64,000 bases of DNA from a virus. Position numbers and translations under genes: made by a program. Below, one piece after another: positions 6,340 to 16,255 of this stretch (position 1 is the stretch's first letter; each line of letters starts with the position of its first letter). Under the pieces are notes generated by a model. The model was given only the letters and a program-made list of their open reading frames with translations, was not told the DNA's origin and did no database searches. The stretch lies in the IMG/VR virus record IMGVR_UViG_3300022777_000031, positions 10,204-74,203 of that record; one strand, written 5' to 3'.

Positions 6340-9136
6340 TATCATGTTTTTCCATGACTTTTTCTACGATTCCTGCTTCTATCGTTTTCTGTTCAACTTC
6401 TTCAGTGGAGATTCCTTTATTGACTACATCTGTAATCATCTTCTTTTTGTTGATTAGCTCCCACATCCATTCGTCTATTGTATCTTCAGCAAGTAGGAAG
6501 TATACGTTCACCGAGTCTTCTTGGCCTATTCTATGTGTTCTGTCTTCAGCTTGAACTGTTTCTGCCCAAGTCCAAGGGATCTCCACAAACGCAACATTGG
6601 AAGCTTCGGTTAAAGTAATTCCGACTCCACCAGCTTGAATGTTGAGCACAAGCAAGTCGTGTTCGCCGTTTTGAAACTCTTCAACGATCTCTCCACGACG
6701 GTCTGCATCCACGCTTCCTGTGATCTTTGGGCAACCGAACTCTTCTGCCAGCGCTTCGGTCGTGTCTGTGTAGTGGGCGAAAAGCAGTAGAGGCTCGCCG
6801 GATTCGGTGAAGTTGCGAATCCAGTTCTTCGCTTCTTTGTATTTTCCTTGACTTGTGACTTGCCGCAGCTCATTGATTTTTACGAGGTGTTCGGCGTTCA
6901 TGGCACGGCGTACCCTTGCCTCTGCGTGGCGCTCCATATGCGCTTCCTTGAGCGGCTCTGACAGGTGCTCAATTTGCTTCCGAAACTCGTCGTCGTTTTT
7001 GTATTTCTTCCGCAAGTGATCTGCCAAGTTTTCCTCCACGTCTTCATACTTGCTTCGGTTATCAATCTCAAGCTCGACGGTGGTGCGCTGCTTATCGGGA
7101 AGTTCATCAAGGATTTCGTCATCTTCTTTGTTTCGCCTTACGTAGCAGTTTCCCGTGAGCCGTTCGTGGAGTTCATCAAGATTTGAGGCTCCAGAGATGT
7201 CCCACCTTCCGAACTGAGACTCTTGGCGGTTGCAGTAGCGTTCTGTAAACTGCATCCATCCTCCAAACGTGTCTTTGAACACGCCCAAGATTTTGAGCTG
7301 ATTGATAATCTCGCTTGGCTGGTTGATGACAGGCGTTCCCGTAAGAAGAATACGGTAAGGGATGCCTTTGGAAATCTTCCGTACGGCTTTACTTCGCTTC
7401 GCAGAGTTGTTTTTGAGCTTGTGGCTTTCGTCGCAGATAATCGCGCCAAAGTCTTTCTCCTTGAACTTTTCTGTGAACTTGTAAACCAAAGAGTACGTGA
7501 CGATGTTCACGCTTCCACGAAAGTCCGTGTGGTTTCCACTTTTTATCGTTTTCACTGCACGGCGAGGGATCCACGTGTTCCACTCTTTTTCCCAGTGGCT
7601 TCGCACTGCAGCGGGAACCACGCAAAGCACAGGGTAGGCGTCAAGGTGCTGAACGGCGCCAATCGCTTCAACAGTGTTGTGCGTAACCACGTAGTCATCG
7701 GTTACGTAAAGACTGTCTCCCGCTTCAACAGATATGCATTGGGCTTCTTCGGTCCCGACTTTTTCTATGCTTTCTATCGTTCTGCACGGCGGTCCTTGTG
7801 GATCTTGAAGTTTCTCTTTTTTCCGATCAAGACGGAAGGGCTCCATATCAAGAGGAAGTTTTGCGTAAACCCTATGTCGGTCTTGACCTTTTTTCTTTTT
7901 GCCATTATAAGTGTATGTGGCTTCGCATGTATGCAAGCTTGCAGTTCCTCCGAGAGAACGAACCATTTCTTGAACGTCTTCGGAAAGCTCTTTTGAAGCA
8001 GAGCTGAAGGTTACGCCGCTTCCTTGAATAGAACCATCCGTGTCAAATAGTCCTTGAAGAACTGCGAGACGAACTTGTGGCGTTCCGTATTTGTATTTGT
8101 CGGGAACGAACTTGTGTTCGGAGTTTTTCAACAATCCCCCTTCACGAAGTGCAGATTGAACGATGTTTTCTTCGGTTCTTTCTCCGTAGGTCACATTATA
8201 GTCATATCCAGATGCGTGAGAAAGAGAAGTTTTTTCGGGTAGAGACGTTTCAAGTTCTTCAACAAGTTGTTCGTCCTGTGAAGAAAATCTAATGTGTTCT
8301 TTTCTCAATGAACCATCTCCGATAAGCAATCCGAGAGCATAGGGATCAATGTTGTACTCTTCGCTTCTATCAAACTTCACAGGTTCTTTAATGAGTGGAG
8401 CAAACCATTTCTTATTTTTGTTCTCTCCGTTGTAGCGAAGATCGCCGATCAGCTCTTCGGTGGTTTTGATTTTGTGGTATCCTCGGTTACGGCCATTGTT
8501 TGTTTGCACGTGCCAAAGGTGTTCTCCACAAGCACGGGTTTTTGCTCCGTGAGAAAATGTGATTTCGTATATTTCTTTTTCACCTTGAGGATATACGCCA
8601 GTGACCTTTGTTGGATTTCCGTCGCGACCGATCACTTTGTCACCGGGTTGTATGTCTCGCATTTTTTTCCAACCTTCCGGAGTGAGCACTTTTGCGTCAA
8701 GGGGTTGCGCTTTCCCCAGGCCCATTTCGTCACCGATAATGACCCGCTCGTTTTTCTCAATGTACTCGACGGCAGCCCGTTGGTACTCGCGAAGTTGCAT
8801 TCCTTTCGCTGTGCCGTATACACGGTCAAGGCTCGACTTTGCTCCGGTGGCGAGAGTCCGGTTGGTTTCTTCTCGCTTTCGCTCTTCCTCGAACTCTTCT
8901 CGAAGCTCTTTGATCATGTTCTCGATCTGGTCCGGCAAGGTATCGACGCCGAACTCGTTGCAGAAGCTCAGAAACTTCGCGGCGTTCTCGCGAGTATTGA
9001 GTGGGATATGCCAATCTTCCGAGTCCGGTTGGTAGTCTCTGCCGGGAATCTTCTTCACGGCGTTGACCTTATTCCAACTGAAGTCGTCGGAGAAGTTGAC
9101 TTTTACCCACTCTTTGTTGATACGTGAAAGTTCCAT
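6335..9136 (-). CDS. SNF2/SWI2-family (HARP-like) helicase containing an intein
   Basis: LREYQ, GDEMGLGK|T, DESH, LLTGTP and QAEDRTHRIGQ motifs. Confidence 0.92.
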   Translation of the reverse strand: MELSRINKEWVKVNFSDDFSWNKVNAVKKIPGRDYQPDSEDWHIPLNTRENAAKFLSFCNEFGVDTLPDQIENMIKELREEFEEERKREETNRTLATGAKSSLDRVYGTAKGMQLREYQRAAVEYIEKNERVIIGDEMGLGKAQPLDAKVLTPEGWKKMRDIQPGDKVIGRDGNPTKVTGVYPQGEKEIYEITFSHGAKTRACGEHLWHVQTNNGRNRGYHKIKTTEELIGDLRYNGENKNKKWFAPLIKEPVKFDRSEEYNIDPYALGLLIGDGSLRKEHIRFSSQDEQLVEELETSLPEKTSLSHASGYDYNVTYGERTEENIVQSALREGGLLKNSEHKFVPDKYKYGTPQVRLAVLQGLFDTDGSIQGSGVTFSSASKELSEDVQEMVRSLGGTASLHTCEATYTYNGKKKKGQDRHRVYAKLPLDMEPFRLDRKKEKLQDPQGPPCRTIESIEKVGTEEAQCISVEAGDSLYVTDDYVVTHNTVEAIGAVQHLDAYPVLCVVPAAVRSHWEKEWNTWIPRRAVKTIKSGNHTDFRGSVNIVTYSLVYKFTEKFKEKDFGAIICDESHKLKNNSAKRSKAVRKISKGIPYRILLTGTPVINQPSEIINQLKILGVFKDTFGGWMQFTERYCNRQESQFGRWDISGASNLDELHERLTGNCYVRRNKEDDEILDELPDKQRTTVELEIDNRSKYEDVEENLADHLRKKYKNDDEFRKQIEHLSEPLKEAHMERHAEARVRRAMNAEHLVKINELRQVTSQGKYKEAKNWIRNFTESGEPLLLFAHYTDTTEALAEEFGCPKITGSVDADRRGEIVEEFQNGEHDLLVLNIQAGGVGITLTEASNVAFVEIPWTWAETVQAEDRTHRIGQEDSVNVYFLLAEDTIDEWMWELINKKKMITDVVNKGISTEEVEQKTIEAGIVEKVMEKHDI
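7676..8710 (-). mobile_element. Class 3 intein (345 aa) with LAGLIDADG endonuclease, in the helicase Walker A motif
   Basis: GLGK|AQPLDAKVLTP...VVTHN|T; Ala1 plus W (EHLW), C (AQCISV), T (VTHN) triplet; LGLLIGDG and LQGLFDTDG motifs. Confidence 0.88.
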
Positions 9137-9233
9137 AAGGGCGCAGTTGTGGTCTGTCTTTATGTTCTTGCTCTTTGATATATATCACTGAGCGAACGTC
9201 AACTGTCACACAAGGCCGCAAACACAAAGTGAA

Positions 9234-10562
9234 ATGGCTAAAAAGATTAAGTTCCCGAGAGGACCGTTCCTTGACCCGGACGTAGAAAATCCGCAGGAAC
9301 TGGACCGAGAGAAGATTGGCAAATCCGACCTGCTTCCTGTGAAGGGAAACACGCCGTTCGGCCGATACGATAACGACCCGAAGTTTCGGCGTCACGCCAA
9401 GAAGTTCACGATGTGGGCGGCACGCAGGCTTGGTTGGCCCGAAATGTCAATCGAGATCTCTGAGCACGACTTTTACGCAGCACTCGAAGAGGCAATCGAC
9501 GAGTTTAGCCGCCTTGTGGGAAATCAGAACATCGAAGACAACCTTGAAGCAATCCTTGGCTCTGACGCCGACAGAGACTTGACCGGCCGTTGGGTTTCTT
9601 CTGGCGGGGTTGGACAAAACGTTCAGCTTGCCAAAGACTACGGCTCGCCGGTTGCAGGAGGCGCAGGAGGAAACGTCAACTTTCATAAAGGCTTCATTGA
9701 CTTGGAGAACGGCCGTCAGATCTACGACAAAAGCGAAATCAAAACGTCAATCGAGACCTCGGAAGACGAATTCGACTTTGTTTCTCCAGACGAAGAGATT
9801 GTTGTGTATCGGGTGTTCCACGAAGACGTGCCGTCAAGCGTGTATGGGTATTACAGCGGCGCATACGGCGGGGGCGCAGGATATGGGGGAAGCCGTGGCA
9901 TCGGAATGAACAGCCATTTCAGCGGCTCAGGACAGGCAATCCAACGCTCTAAACAGTTTACGCTCAAGCCGCTTTATGACACGGTGCTTTCCATTCAGGA
10001 CTACGAGCTTCACGAAGATCTTTTCGAGAGCGATTACAGCTTCGAGATCATCGGGGACAAGATCAAGATTTTTCCAACTCCGCATCACGGCGGGTTCGGG
10101 GGGCACGGGCGAATGAGAGTGTGGGTTGAGTTTGTGTATGCAGACGAAGCGCTTGGAGTTGAAGTCATTGGAGACTCCACAGCGAGAGCAAGTGCTGATG
10201 AAAGTATTGACAATGTAATCAGCGACTACTCCGACGCGCCTTACGACTTCATTCCGTACCGCTTCATCAATGCTCCGGGTGAGGTGTGGATTATCAAATA
10301 CGGTTTGGAAGTCGCCCGCCACAAGCTGGGAACTGTTCGCTCAAAGTTCAGCGACACCCCAAGTCCACAGGATCCGTTTCAGCTTGACGGTGAAGACCTC
10401 AAGCAGGAAGCGCAAACCAATATGGAAACGCTCGTCGACAACCTGAACGAGCAACTTGACCAGCTCAGTAAGGAAGAGAGGCTTCGGCGCAAAGCCGAGA
10501 ACGCAGAAAACTTGAACAAGGTGCTTTCGAAGGTTCCAATGCTCATATACCGAGACAACTAA
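9234..10562 (+). CDS. Neck protein (T4 gp13-like)
   Basis: RRLGWPEMSIEI and KLGTVRSKFSDTPSP..LDGEDL patterns; first gene of the neck/tail block. Confidence 0.7.
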   Translation: MAKKIKFPRGPFLDPDVENPQELDREKIGKSDLLPVKGNTPFGRYDNDPKFRRHAKKFTMWAARRLGWPEMSIEISEHDFYAALEEAIDEFSRLVGNQNIEDNLEAILGSDADRDLTGRWVSSGGVGQNVQLAKDYGSPVAGGAGGNVNFHKGFIDLENGRQIYDKSEIKTSIETSEDEFDFVSPDEEIVVYRVFHEDVPSSVYGYYSGAYGGGAGYGGSRGIGMNSHFSGSGQAIQRSKQFTLKPLYDTVLSIQDYELHEDLFESDYSFEIIGDKIKIFPTPHHGGFGGHGRMRVWVEFVYADEALGVEVIGDSTARASADESIDNVISDYSDAPYDFIPYRFINAPGEVWIIKYGLEVARHKLGTVRSKFSDTPSPQDPFQLDGEDLKQEAQTNMETLVDNLNEQLDQLSKEERLRRKAENAENLNKVLSKVPMLIYRDN

Positions 10563-10578
10563 CAACAATAATAACAGT

Positions 10579-10986
10579 ATGGATACAAACGGACTTAGAC
10601 GATACATTCGAGAAGAGATTCGCGACCTCATTCAAGAGCAAAAGTTTGAATACAAGGCGGTTGACGAAAGAGCCGAACCGCAGCCTGAAGTCAAAGAGGC
10701 TGTGAAACGCTTTCGGGAGATGGATCCGGAAGAGAGGGACACAAACATTTTGCTCTACTGGCTTTTGGGAAGTGGAACCCCTCCATATAAAATGAGCCAG
10801 GAGGACGCAAAATACTCTGACGACGCCGGAACGGCCGAAACCGCTTGCGCGAACTGCGAGTTTTTCTATCAGAAAGTGCCAACCGGAGAATACATTTGCT
10901 CGCAGATCCGTGGAAAGGTTCGGCCGGAAGGATGGTGCAACCAGTGGAAACTTGCAGACAACATTGACGATGAAGAAGCTGACTGA
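10579..10986 (+). CDS. HiPIP-like iron-sulfur domain protein with N-terminal LRxxIREE module
   Basis: CANCEFF..C..IRGKVRPEGWCNQW four-Cys pattern. Confidence 0.65.
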   Translation: MDTNGLRRYIREEIRDLIQEQKFEYKAVDERAEPQPEVKEAVKRFREMDPEERDTNILLYWLLGSGTPPYKMSQEDAKYSDDAGTAETACANCEFFYQKVPTGEYICSQIRGKVRPEGWCNQWKLADNIDDEEAD

Positions 10987-11860
10987 ATCACATTTGCGTC
11001 GTATCATTCGGGAGGAAATGATGCTTCAAGAGCTTTCCCGTGGATCGGTGCTGTATCACCGCTCCAAAGAAGAGCTTCAACCCGGACAAAAGCTCGGCGG
11101 CGGCTCTCACGGAGAAAACGCCCATGAACGCAAAGCAGAGGCAGAGCAAGAGTTTGAAAAGTACAGAAGAGACTACGCTTCAAGCAAGCCGTCAAGATAC
11201 GGCGCAGTGTTTCTCTCCCCGACGCCGAAGTCGCGATTCAATAAGTTTGGCGACCTCTACAAGGTGAAAATAACGGGAAATTACCACGTCGCAGACTCTC
11301 GAATGTTTGACGCCTACCAGAGCCCTTGGGACTACGACGATATAAGCAAAGAAGGGGCGATCCGCTGCTACTGGAATCCAGGTAGTTTCAAAGGGTGTCC
11401 GGACGTAAGAAACGTGAATCCGAAATACCTTGAAGTGGTTGCCGACGAAGCGACAGTTGTGGAGAAGGTTGGCAGCGACTTTCTCACGGAAGGCGACCAG
11501 ATTCGTGTACTTGAATCCCCACCAGTGCGTGTACAGAAAGGCACTGACGGCACATCGGACGACCCTGAAGTTTGGCGGGATCACCCGAAGATTGAAAGAG
11601 TTTATGAGGGTTCTACGGGGGACTACCGAGACTACGACGTGTACAACGCAGAGCTAAAAATACCTTCGGTGTGGACAGTTTCTTACGCCGAACCACATGA
11701 TTCTCACCAGCAGCAAAGCACCATTCAAAAGCGGGGAGAGCCGGGAATGAACTACGCTTACGACACTTACAAGAAAATCCACTTGGAGGACGGAAGAGTT
11801 GCCCCAGCGTACGGCGCATACGACGACAGCATTGAAAAACTCAAGTTTGAAGAGGTATGA
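10970..11860 (+). CDS. ADP-ribosyltransferase-fold (DUF2441-like) protein with N-terminal MKKLTESHLRRIIREE module
   Basis: VLYH..LQPGQKL, EQEFEKYR..KPSRYGAVF, LYKV..HVAD pattern. Confidence 0.55.
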   Translation: MKKLTESHLRRIIREEMMLQELSRGSVLYHRSKEELQPGQKLGGGSHGENAHERKAEAEQEFEKYRRDYASSKPSRYGAVFLSPTPKSRFNKFGDLYKVKITGNYHVADSRMFDAYQSPWDYDDISKEGAIRCYWNPGSFKGCPDVRNVNPKYLEVVADEATVVEKVGSDFLTEGDQIRVLESPPVRVQKGTDGTSDDPEVWRDHPKIERVYEGSTGDYRDYDVYNAELKIPSVWTVSYAEPHDSHQQQSTIQKRGEPGMNYAYDTYKKIHLEDGRVAPAYGAYDDSIEKLKFEEV

Positions 11861-12429
11861 AAGACATCATCCCCAACGTTGGAGATCGGTTGACGTTTAC
11901 AGTTCACTCTATATCTGTACCCGAAGAGGTTCCCAAGGAAGCGGTGCAGCACAAACTCAACAGAGACAACGTTTTTGAGATTGAACTTTTGAGCCAGCCC
12001 GAGATGCGTGAGTTGCGAAATCAGTTTCGCAATGAACTTTCAAGGCGCGGTGTGGGCGCTTCTCGACGCCAAATCGATAACGTGTTCGAGCAAGTGATGA
12101 AAAACGTGGCTCAACAGATAGACAAAGATTTTGAGACGAGAGGCGTTGGACACGTGCTTGGAGAAGACCGGCACTTCGACGACGGCCGAGACTCCGAAGA
12201 GTGGTTTTACGTTCTTCGTTGGCCAGGCGGGCAAAAAATGAGAGAGCGGCTTGGATTTTCCGAAGCAGACTTTCACATGACCCTTGGAATGACCGGCAAC
12301 GGCGTCCATGAGTACGCGAAAGACAAGAGTACGATACTTGACAAAGAAGAGCTATCTAAACGGGAAGGCGGGATGACGAAGCTGTTTGTCGATGACGACG
12401 ACCACCGCGGTTTTACTGACGACCAATAA
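11857..12429 (+). CDS. 2H phosphoesterase-like protein (Swiss-army-knife type)
   Basis: WFYVLRWP..MRERLG..DFHMTLG..GVH pattern; the first HxT motif is not clearly seen. Confidence 0.55.
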   Translation: MKDIIPNVGDRLTFTVHSISVPEEVPKEAVQHKLNRDNVFEIELLSQPEMRELRNQFRNELSRRGVGASRRQIDNVFEQVMKNVAQQIDKDFETRGVGHVLGEDRHFDDGRDSEEWFYVLRWPGGQKMRERLGFSEADFHMTLGMTGNGVHEYAKDKSTILDKEELSKREGGMTKLFVDDDDHRGFTDDQ

Positions 12430-12439
12430 CCAAAATGTA

Positions 12440-12928
12440 ATGCCCTACAAAGAAGACGAAGGGTTTTTCATATCGGATCAGGACTTCGAGATGTTCCAGC
12501 AGTTCAACGAAGAATTCGTTGATGAAGTGGTGGATGTGCTCGTTCGCTTCTACAAGATGGACGTGGATCGTACGAAGACGACGTTTCGGGGCGAGACTGG
12601 ACCTGTTGGAAAAGAGTACTCGAACGTGTATGAAATCCACACTCTTGTCGTTCCGGAAGACCAGCAAACTGCTCAGGGAGAAAAGGGAACCTACGACGTC
12701 GACCGTGGCGCCGAGTTTGGTTTCCAGCGTGAGAAGTTGAAAGAGCAGGACTTCTACCCACAGCGTGGCGACCTCATTGAGTGGGATGAAGAGTTCTTCG
12801 AGATCGAAAATGTCGTCGACAACGAACTGCTTGGCACTAAATACTTCTATCGGCACTCAATTGTATGTGACACGCACAGGGTTCGCGTGTCCAACACGGA
12901 CCTCATAAGCCAAAATAGGCAACAATGA
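12440..12928 (+). CDS. Head-tail adaptor / neck protein (gp14-like)
   Basis: VRFYKMD..YPQRGDLIEWDEEFFEI; position between neck and terminator genes. Confidence 0.6.
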   Translation: MPYKEDEGFFISDQDFEMFQQFNEEFVDEVVDVLVRFYKMDVDRTKTTFRGETGPVGKEYSNVYEIHTLVVPEDQQTAQGEKGTYDVDRGAEFGFQREKLKEQDFYPQRGDLIEWDEEFFEIENVVDNELLGTKYFYRHSIVCDTHRVRVSNTDLISQNRQQ

Positions 12929-13833
12929 AAGACAAGTTTGGGCACCTACGGGACGACGGTGAAGATACGGAGCCTGAAAAAGAGCTGCGGAATGGCGCCA
13001 AACGCCGAGACGAAGAGTATTCCGACCAGTTTCAAGAGGCTCAGGAGCAGTTTCTGCAGAACATTCAAGACAAGCAAGGTACTCAACGAGAGTTTGAGAA
13101 GCGGCGTGACACAGACGCGGAGGACTATTATCTTGACCACGGGATTGCTGACATTGACAAAGCAATCACTCACGAGCTTGACGAGAACTTCAACTTCCAC
13201 GTCAAGCAAAACAATGAGCGTATCAAGGTTCCTGTGATTTGGGACAACCAAGAGCGGTGGACGTGGGCACGGCAGAAGCGAAATCTCAAGTCGGTCAAAG
13301 ACAAAGTGCTTCTTCCGCTCATTGTGATTGAGCGAACAGGCGTTTCAGATCACCCGAGCCACGTTACTCGAACCGCGATTACACGATTGAACTCAGTTGG
13401 GCGCACTCTTACTGTTCGGCAGCGGTACTCGAAGAAAAATCGCTACGACCAGTTCACTGTTCTTCAAAATGCACAACCAGAGCGGGAGTATTACGTTACG
13501 GAAGTTCCAGACTGGCAGCAAGTCAGTTACGAACTGACGATATACACGGAGTACATCTGGCAGATGGACGGGATCATTGACTTGATCAACTATTGGGACA
13601 AAGACTATTGGGGAAACCAAGAGGAAGGTAAGCTCTACTATACGCGAGTTGACTCCATCAATCAGTCCGTGGAAATGACCGATGAAGCTCGTTATGTGCA
13701 GTCCGATTTGTCGCTGACCGTGGACGGCTTTCTCGCGCCCGAGCAAGGGAAGCGGAAAGAAACTGAAGTCGTCAAGGGAACTTCACCTTCCAATCTTCAG
13801 TTCAGTGAAGAGATTGTTGAAACTACGAACTAG
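12925..13833 (+). CDS. Tail terminator / sheath stabiliser (gp15-like)
   Basis: IKVPVIWDNQERW..LPLIVIER..PDW..VSYELTIYT; directly upstream of the sheath gene. Confidence 0.65.
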   Translation: MKDKFGHLRDDGEDTEPEKELRNGAKRRDEEYSDQFQEAQEQFLQNIQDKQGTQREFEKRRDTDAEDYYLDHGIADIDKAITHELDENFNFHVKQNNERIKVPVIWDNQERWTWARQKRNLKSVKDKVLLPLIVIERTGVSDHPSHVTRTAITRLNSVGRTLTVRQRYSKKNRYDQFTVLQNAQPEREYYVTEVPDWQQVSYELTIYTEYIWQMDGIIDLINYWDKDYWGNQEEGKLYYTRVDSINQSVEMTDEARYVQSDLSLTVDGFLAPEQGKRKETEVVKGTSPSNLQFSEEIVETTN

Positions 13834-13842
13834 AAACGAGAA

Positions 13843-16212
13843 ATGGCTATCAACCTACGTGACATTCAAAGCGAGTCTCCACAAGTGAAGGTGGATGGTG
13901 AAATCCAGTTCGAACCATCCGAAGTGGAAGACGAAACCGACGCCATGATTGTCGGACCTGCGGAACGTGGGCCACTTTTCATTCCGACAGAGGTGCGCAC
14001 GAAAGACCAATTCGACGCCATATTCGGCGGCCCGACGACGTACTCTTCCTACTCTGCCAGAAAGGTGCTCGACCAAACCGACAGAGTGAAGTTCACTCGC
14101 ATTATCGCTACGGACGGATGGAACCCCGAGCCGGTCGTTATCTTCGCTTCAGGCGGCGAAGACTTTCCACACTTCGAGAGCGGTACAGGATCTCCGCTTT
14201 CGGTTTTGATTTTTGACGACAGGTACAAGCGAGTTGACGGAGCAGTTCCAGAGAAGACCGAAATCTTGCAGTCCACGGCGAACCAAGACAGGGTTGCTGA
14301 AGACTTCACGCTTCGCACGTTCGACGAGATGGACAATCAGCTCGACGAGTGGCGGCTTTCCCTCAATCCGTTCAGTCCGAGATACGTCGACGAAGTGCTT
14401 CCTCCAAAGATTCGAGTGTACCAAAACTTTCGGGAAAGCCAGCGAGACATTGTTGCGGACGCAGACCGTGAAGTGCTCGTGAATCTCGTGACTTTTGAGA
14501 ACGAAGCGGCAACGGATCCGCTCAACTTTGAGACTTTCGACGCGCCGCGCACGCCGTGGATTATTTCACAGGAGAACCCGCCGGGAGAGCGCACAGAGCT
14601 TTTCCGGATATGGGTTCGTTCTGACGGCGCCTCTGAAAACCAGCGGTTCAAGGTGTCGATTGTTGATGTTGGATTGGATGAAAGCGAGTCCGGATGGCCG
14701 ACATTCACTTTGCGGCTTCGGGACTTTGACGACACCGACCTGAACCAAGAGATTATCGAAGAGTACGACAGGCTTTCGCTCAATCCACAAGACGAGCGGT
14801 ATATCGGAAAGGTCATCGGCACTGAGTACCAAAGGTATGATCGCAGCGAAGAGCGAATTAACACGTTCGGCGCTTTTGATCAGCAGTCCCTCAACATTCG
14901 AGTGGAGCTTTCCGACGACATTCGAAAAGCATCGAAAGAAACGCTTCCTTTCGGGTTTGACTCGTACAAAGAGACGTTCGTTGGATCTGCGCAGGTTCCC
15001 GTGTACCGCACGGAGTTCAGTTTTCCGGGAGAGCTTTTGGAGTATCTGAACGTCAATGAACCTCAAGCCGAACGAGGAAGCGCCATTGAAGAGAGCCTTC
15101 ACCTTGGCATTGAGTTTCGGGCCGAGCAAAACGAGAACTTCTTTCAGGGAATTCCAAAGGGCGCAGGAAACGTCGACGATGGATTCAAGCTGGACAACTA
15201 CCTTGACCCGAAGACCTCTGACCCTCAGAACCGAAAGTTTACGCTTGGGTTTCAGGGCGGCAGCGACGGGCAATCAATTTACAGAGAGCGGTTTTCCGGA
15301 GAAGACATAAGCACGGAGAACACATTCGGCTTTGACTTTGACGGCCGGTTCAGCGGCGGCCGAGACGCTTATAGAAGAGCATTCTTTCTTCTTCGGGAGG
15401 ATGAAGGTGGGTTTGACTTCGATCTTCTTACGACTCCCGAGCTGGACTTTGACAACCACCAGGCCGTCATCCGGAACGGCGAAGAGCTAATGAGAGATCG
15501 GCTGGACTCGTTCTACGTATTCGATGCCTTTGAGCTTGGGGAGACTCCGGAAGAGGCAGTTTCAACCAACTTCCAACTCGACTCGACACGTGCGGCCACA
15601 TACTATGGATGGGTTGATCCGATTGACGACATTGAGTTTGACTTCATCCCTCCATCTGCAATCGTTCCACAGACCTACGCACAAAGCGACGTGATCGCCG
15701 ATCCGTGGATTGCTCCTGCAGGCGTGATTCGTGGGGAAGTCCCAGATGTGGAGGACGTCGAGGTTCGACTGAGCAGGCAAGACTTGGACTTGCTTTATGA
15801 AGAGTCAATCAATGCGGTGACGTTTTCCGACGCAAACGGCATTCTTCTTCTCGGCAACCGAACATTTACATCAAATCTTGACTCTTCCCTCAGCAGTATT
15901 GACGTTCGGCGCACAATGGTCTTCATCATAAGTGAGGTGAAACAAATCGCCGAGAACTTCCTGTTCGAGCAAGTCAACGAAGAGACTGCTCAGAACTTTC
16001 GAGTGTCAATCATTCGGATTCTTCAAGAGGTTCAGTCTCGGGAAGGAATTCGAGAGTATCAAGTCGACGTGCGAACTCCACAAGAACGATCTCGATTCGA
16101 GAGGGCGCCAAACACGATTTCAGCGACGGTTTCGGTCATTCCACAGCCTTCCGTCGAGTACATCACCGTGGATTTCCGAATCAACGAGGAAGGCGTGAAT
16201 GTAATCACCTAA
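13843..16212 (+). CDS. Tail sheath protein, paralog 1
   Basis: IVGPAERGPLFIPT, YIGKVIG, PWIAPAGVIRG, SIDVRR..FEQVNEET sheath motifs. Confidence 0.88.
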   Translation: MAINLRDIQSESPQVKVDGEIQFEPSEVEDETDAMIVGPAERGPLFIPTEVRTKDQFDAIFGGPTTYSSYSARKVLDQTDRVKFTRIIATDGWNPEPVVIFASGGEDFPHFESGTGSPLSVLIFDDRYKRVDGAVPEKTEILQSTANQDRVAEDFTLRTFDEMDNQLDEWRLSLNPFSPRYVDEVLPPKIRVYQNFRESQRDIVADADREVLVNLVTFENEAATDPLNFETFDAPRTPWIISQENPPGERTELFRIWVRSDGASENQRFKVSIVDVGLDESESGWPTFTLRLRDFDDTDLNQEIIEEYDRLSLNPQDERYIGKVIGTEYQRYDRSEERINTFGAFDQQSLNIRVELSDDIRKASKETLPFGFDSYKETFVGSAQVPVYRTEFSFPGELLEYLNVNEPQAERGSAIEESLHLGIEFRAEQNENFFQGIPKGAGNVDDGFKLDNYLDPKTSDPQNRKFTLGFQGGSDGQSIYRERFSGEDISTENTFGFDFDGRFSGGRDAYRRAFFLLREDEGGFDFDLLTTPELDFDNHQAVIRNGEELMRDRLDSFYVFDAFELGETPEEAVSTNFQLDSTRAATYYGWVDPIDDIEFDFIPPSAIVPQTYAQSDVIADPWIAPAGVIRGEVPDVEDVEVRLSRQDLDLLYEESINAVTFSDANGILLLGNRTFTSNLDSSLSSIDVRRTMVFIISEVKQIAENFLFEQVNEETAQNFRVSIIRILQEVQSREGIREYQVDVRTPQERSRFERAPNTISATVSVIPQPSVEYITVDFRINEEGVNVIT

Positions 16213-16255
16213 CTATCTATATACAATACGGAAACAGTCTACACTTCTTACCGAT

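Noticed and set aside
5245-6562. Duplicated helicase tail as a DGR template/variable repeat pair
   Set aside because: The differences are not adenine-specific (e.g. CAC/CAT, CGG/AGA) and no reverse transcriptase is present.
13831-13845. TAG readthrough fusing the gp15-like gene to sheath 1 (also 40753/40754)
   Set aside because: In-frame adjacency occurs by chance one time in three, and both downstream genes have their own ATG and complete N-termini.
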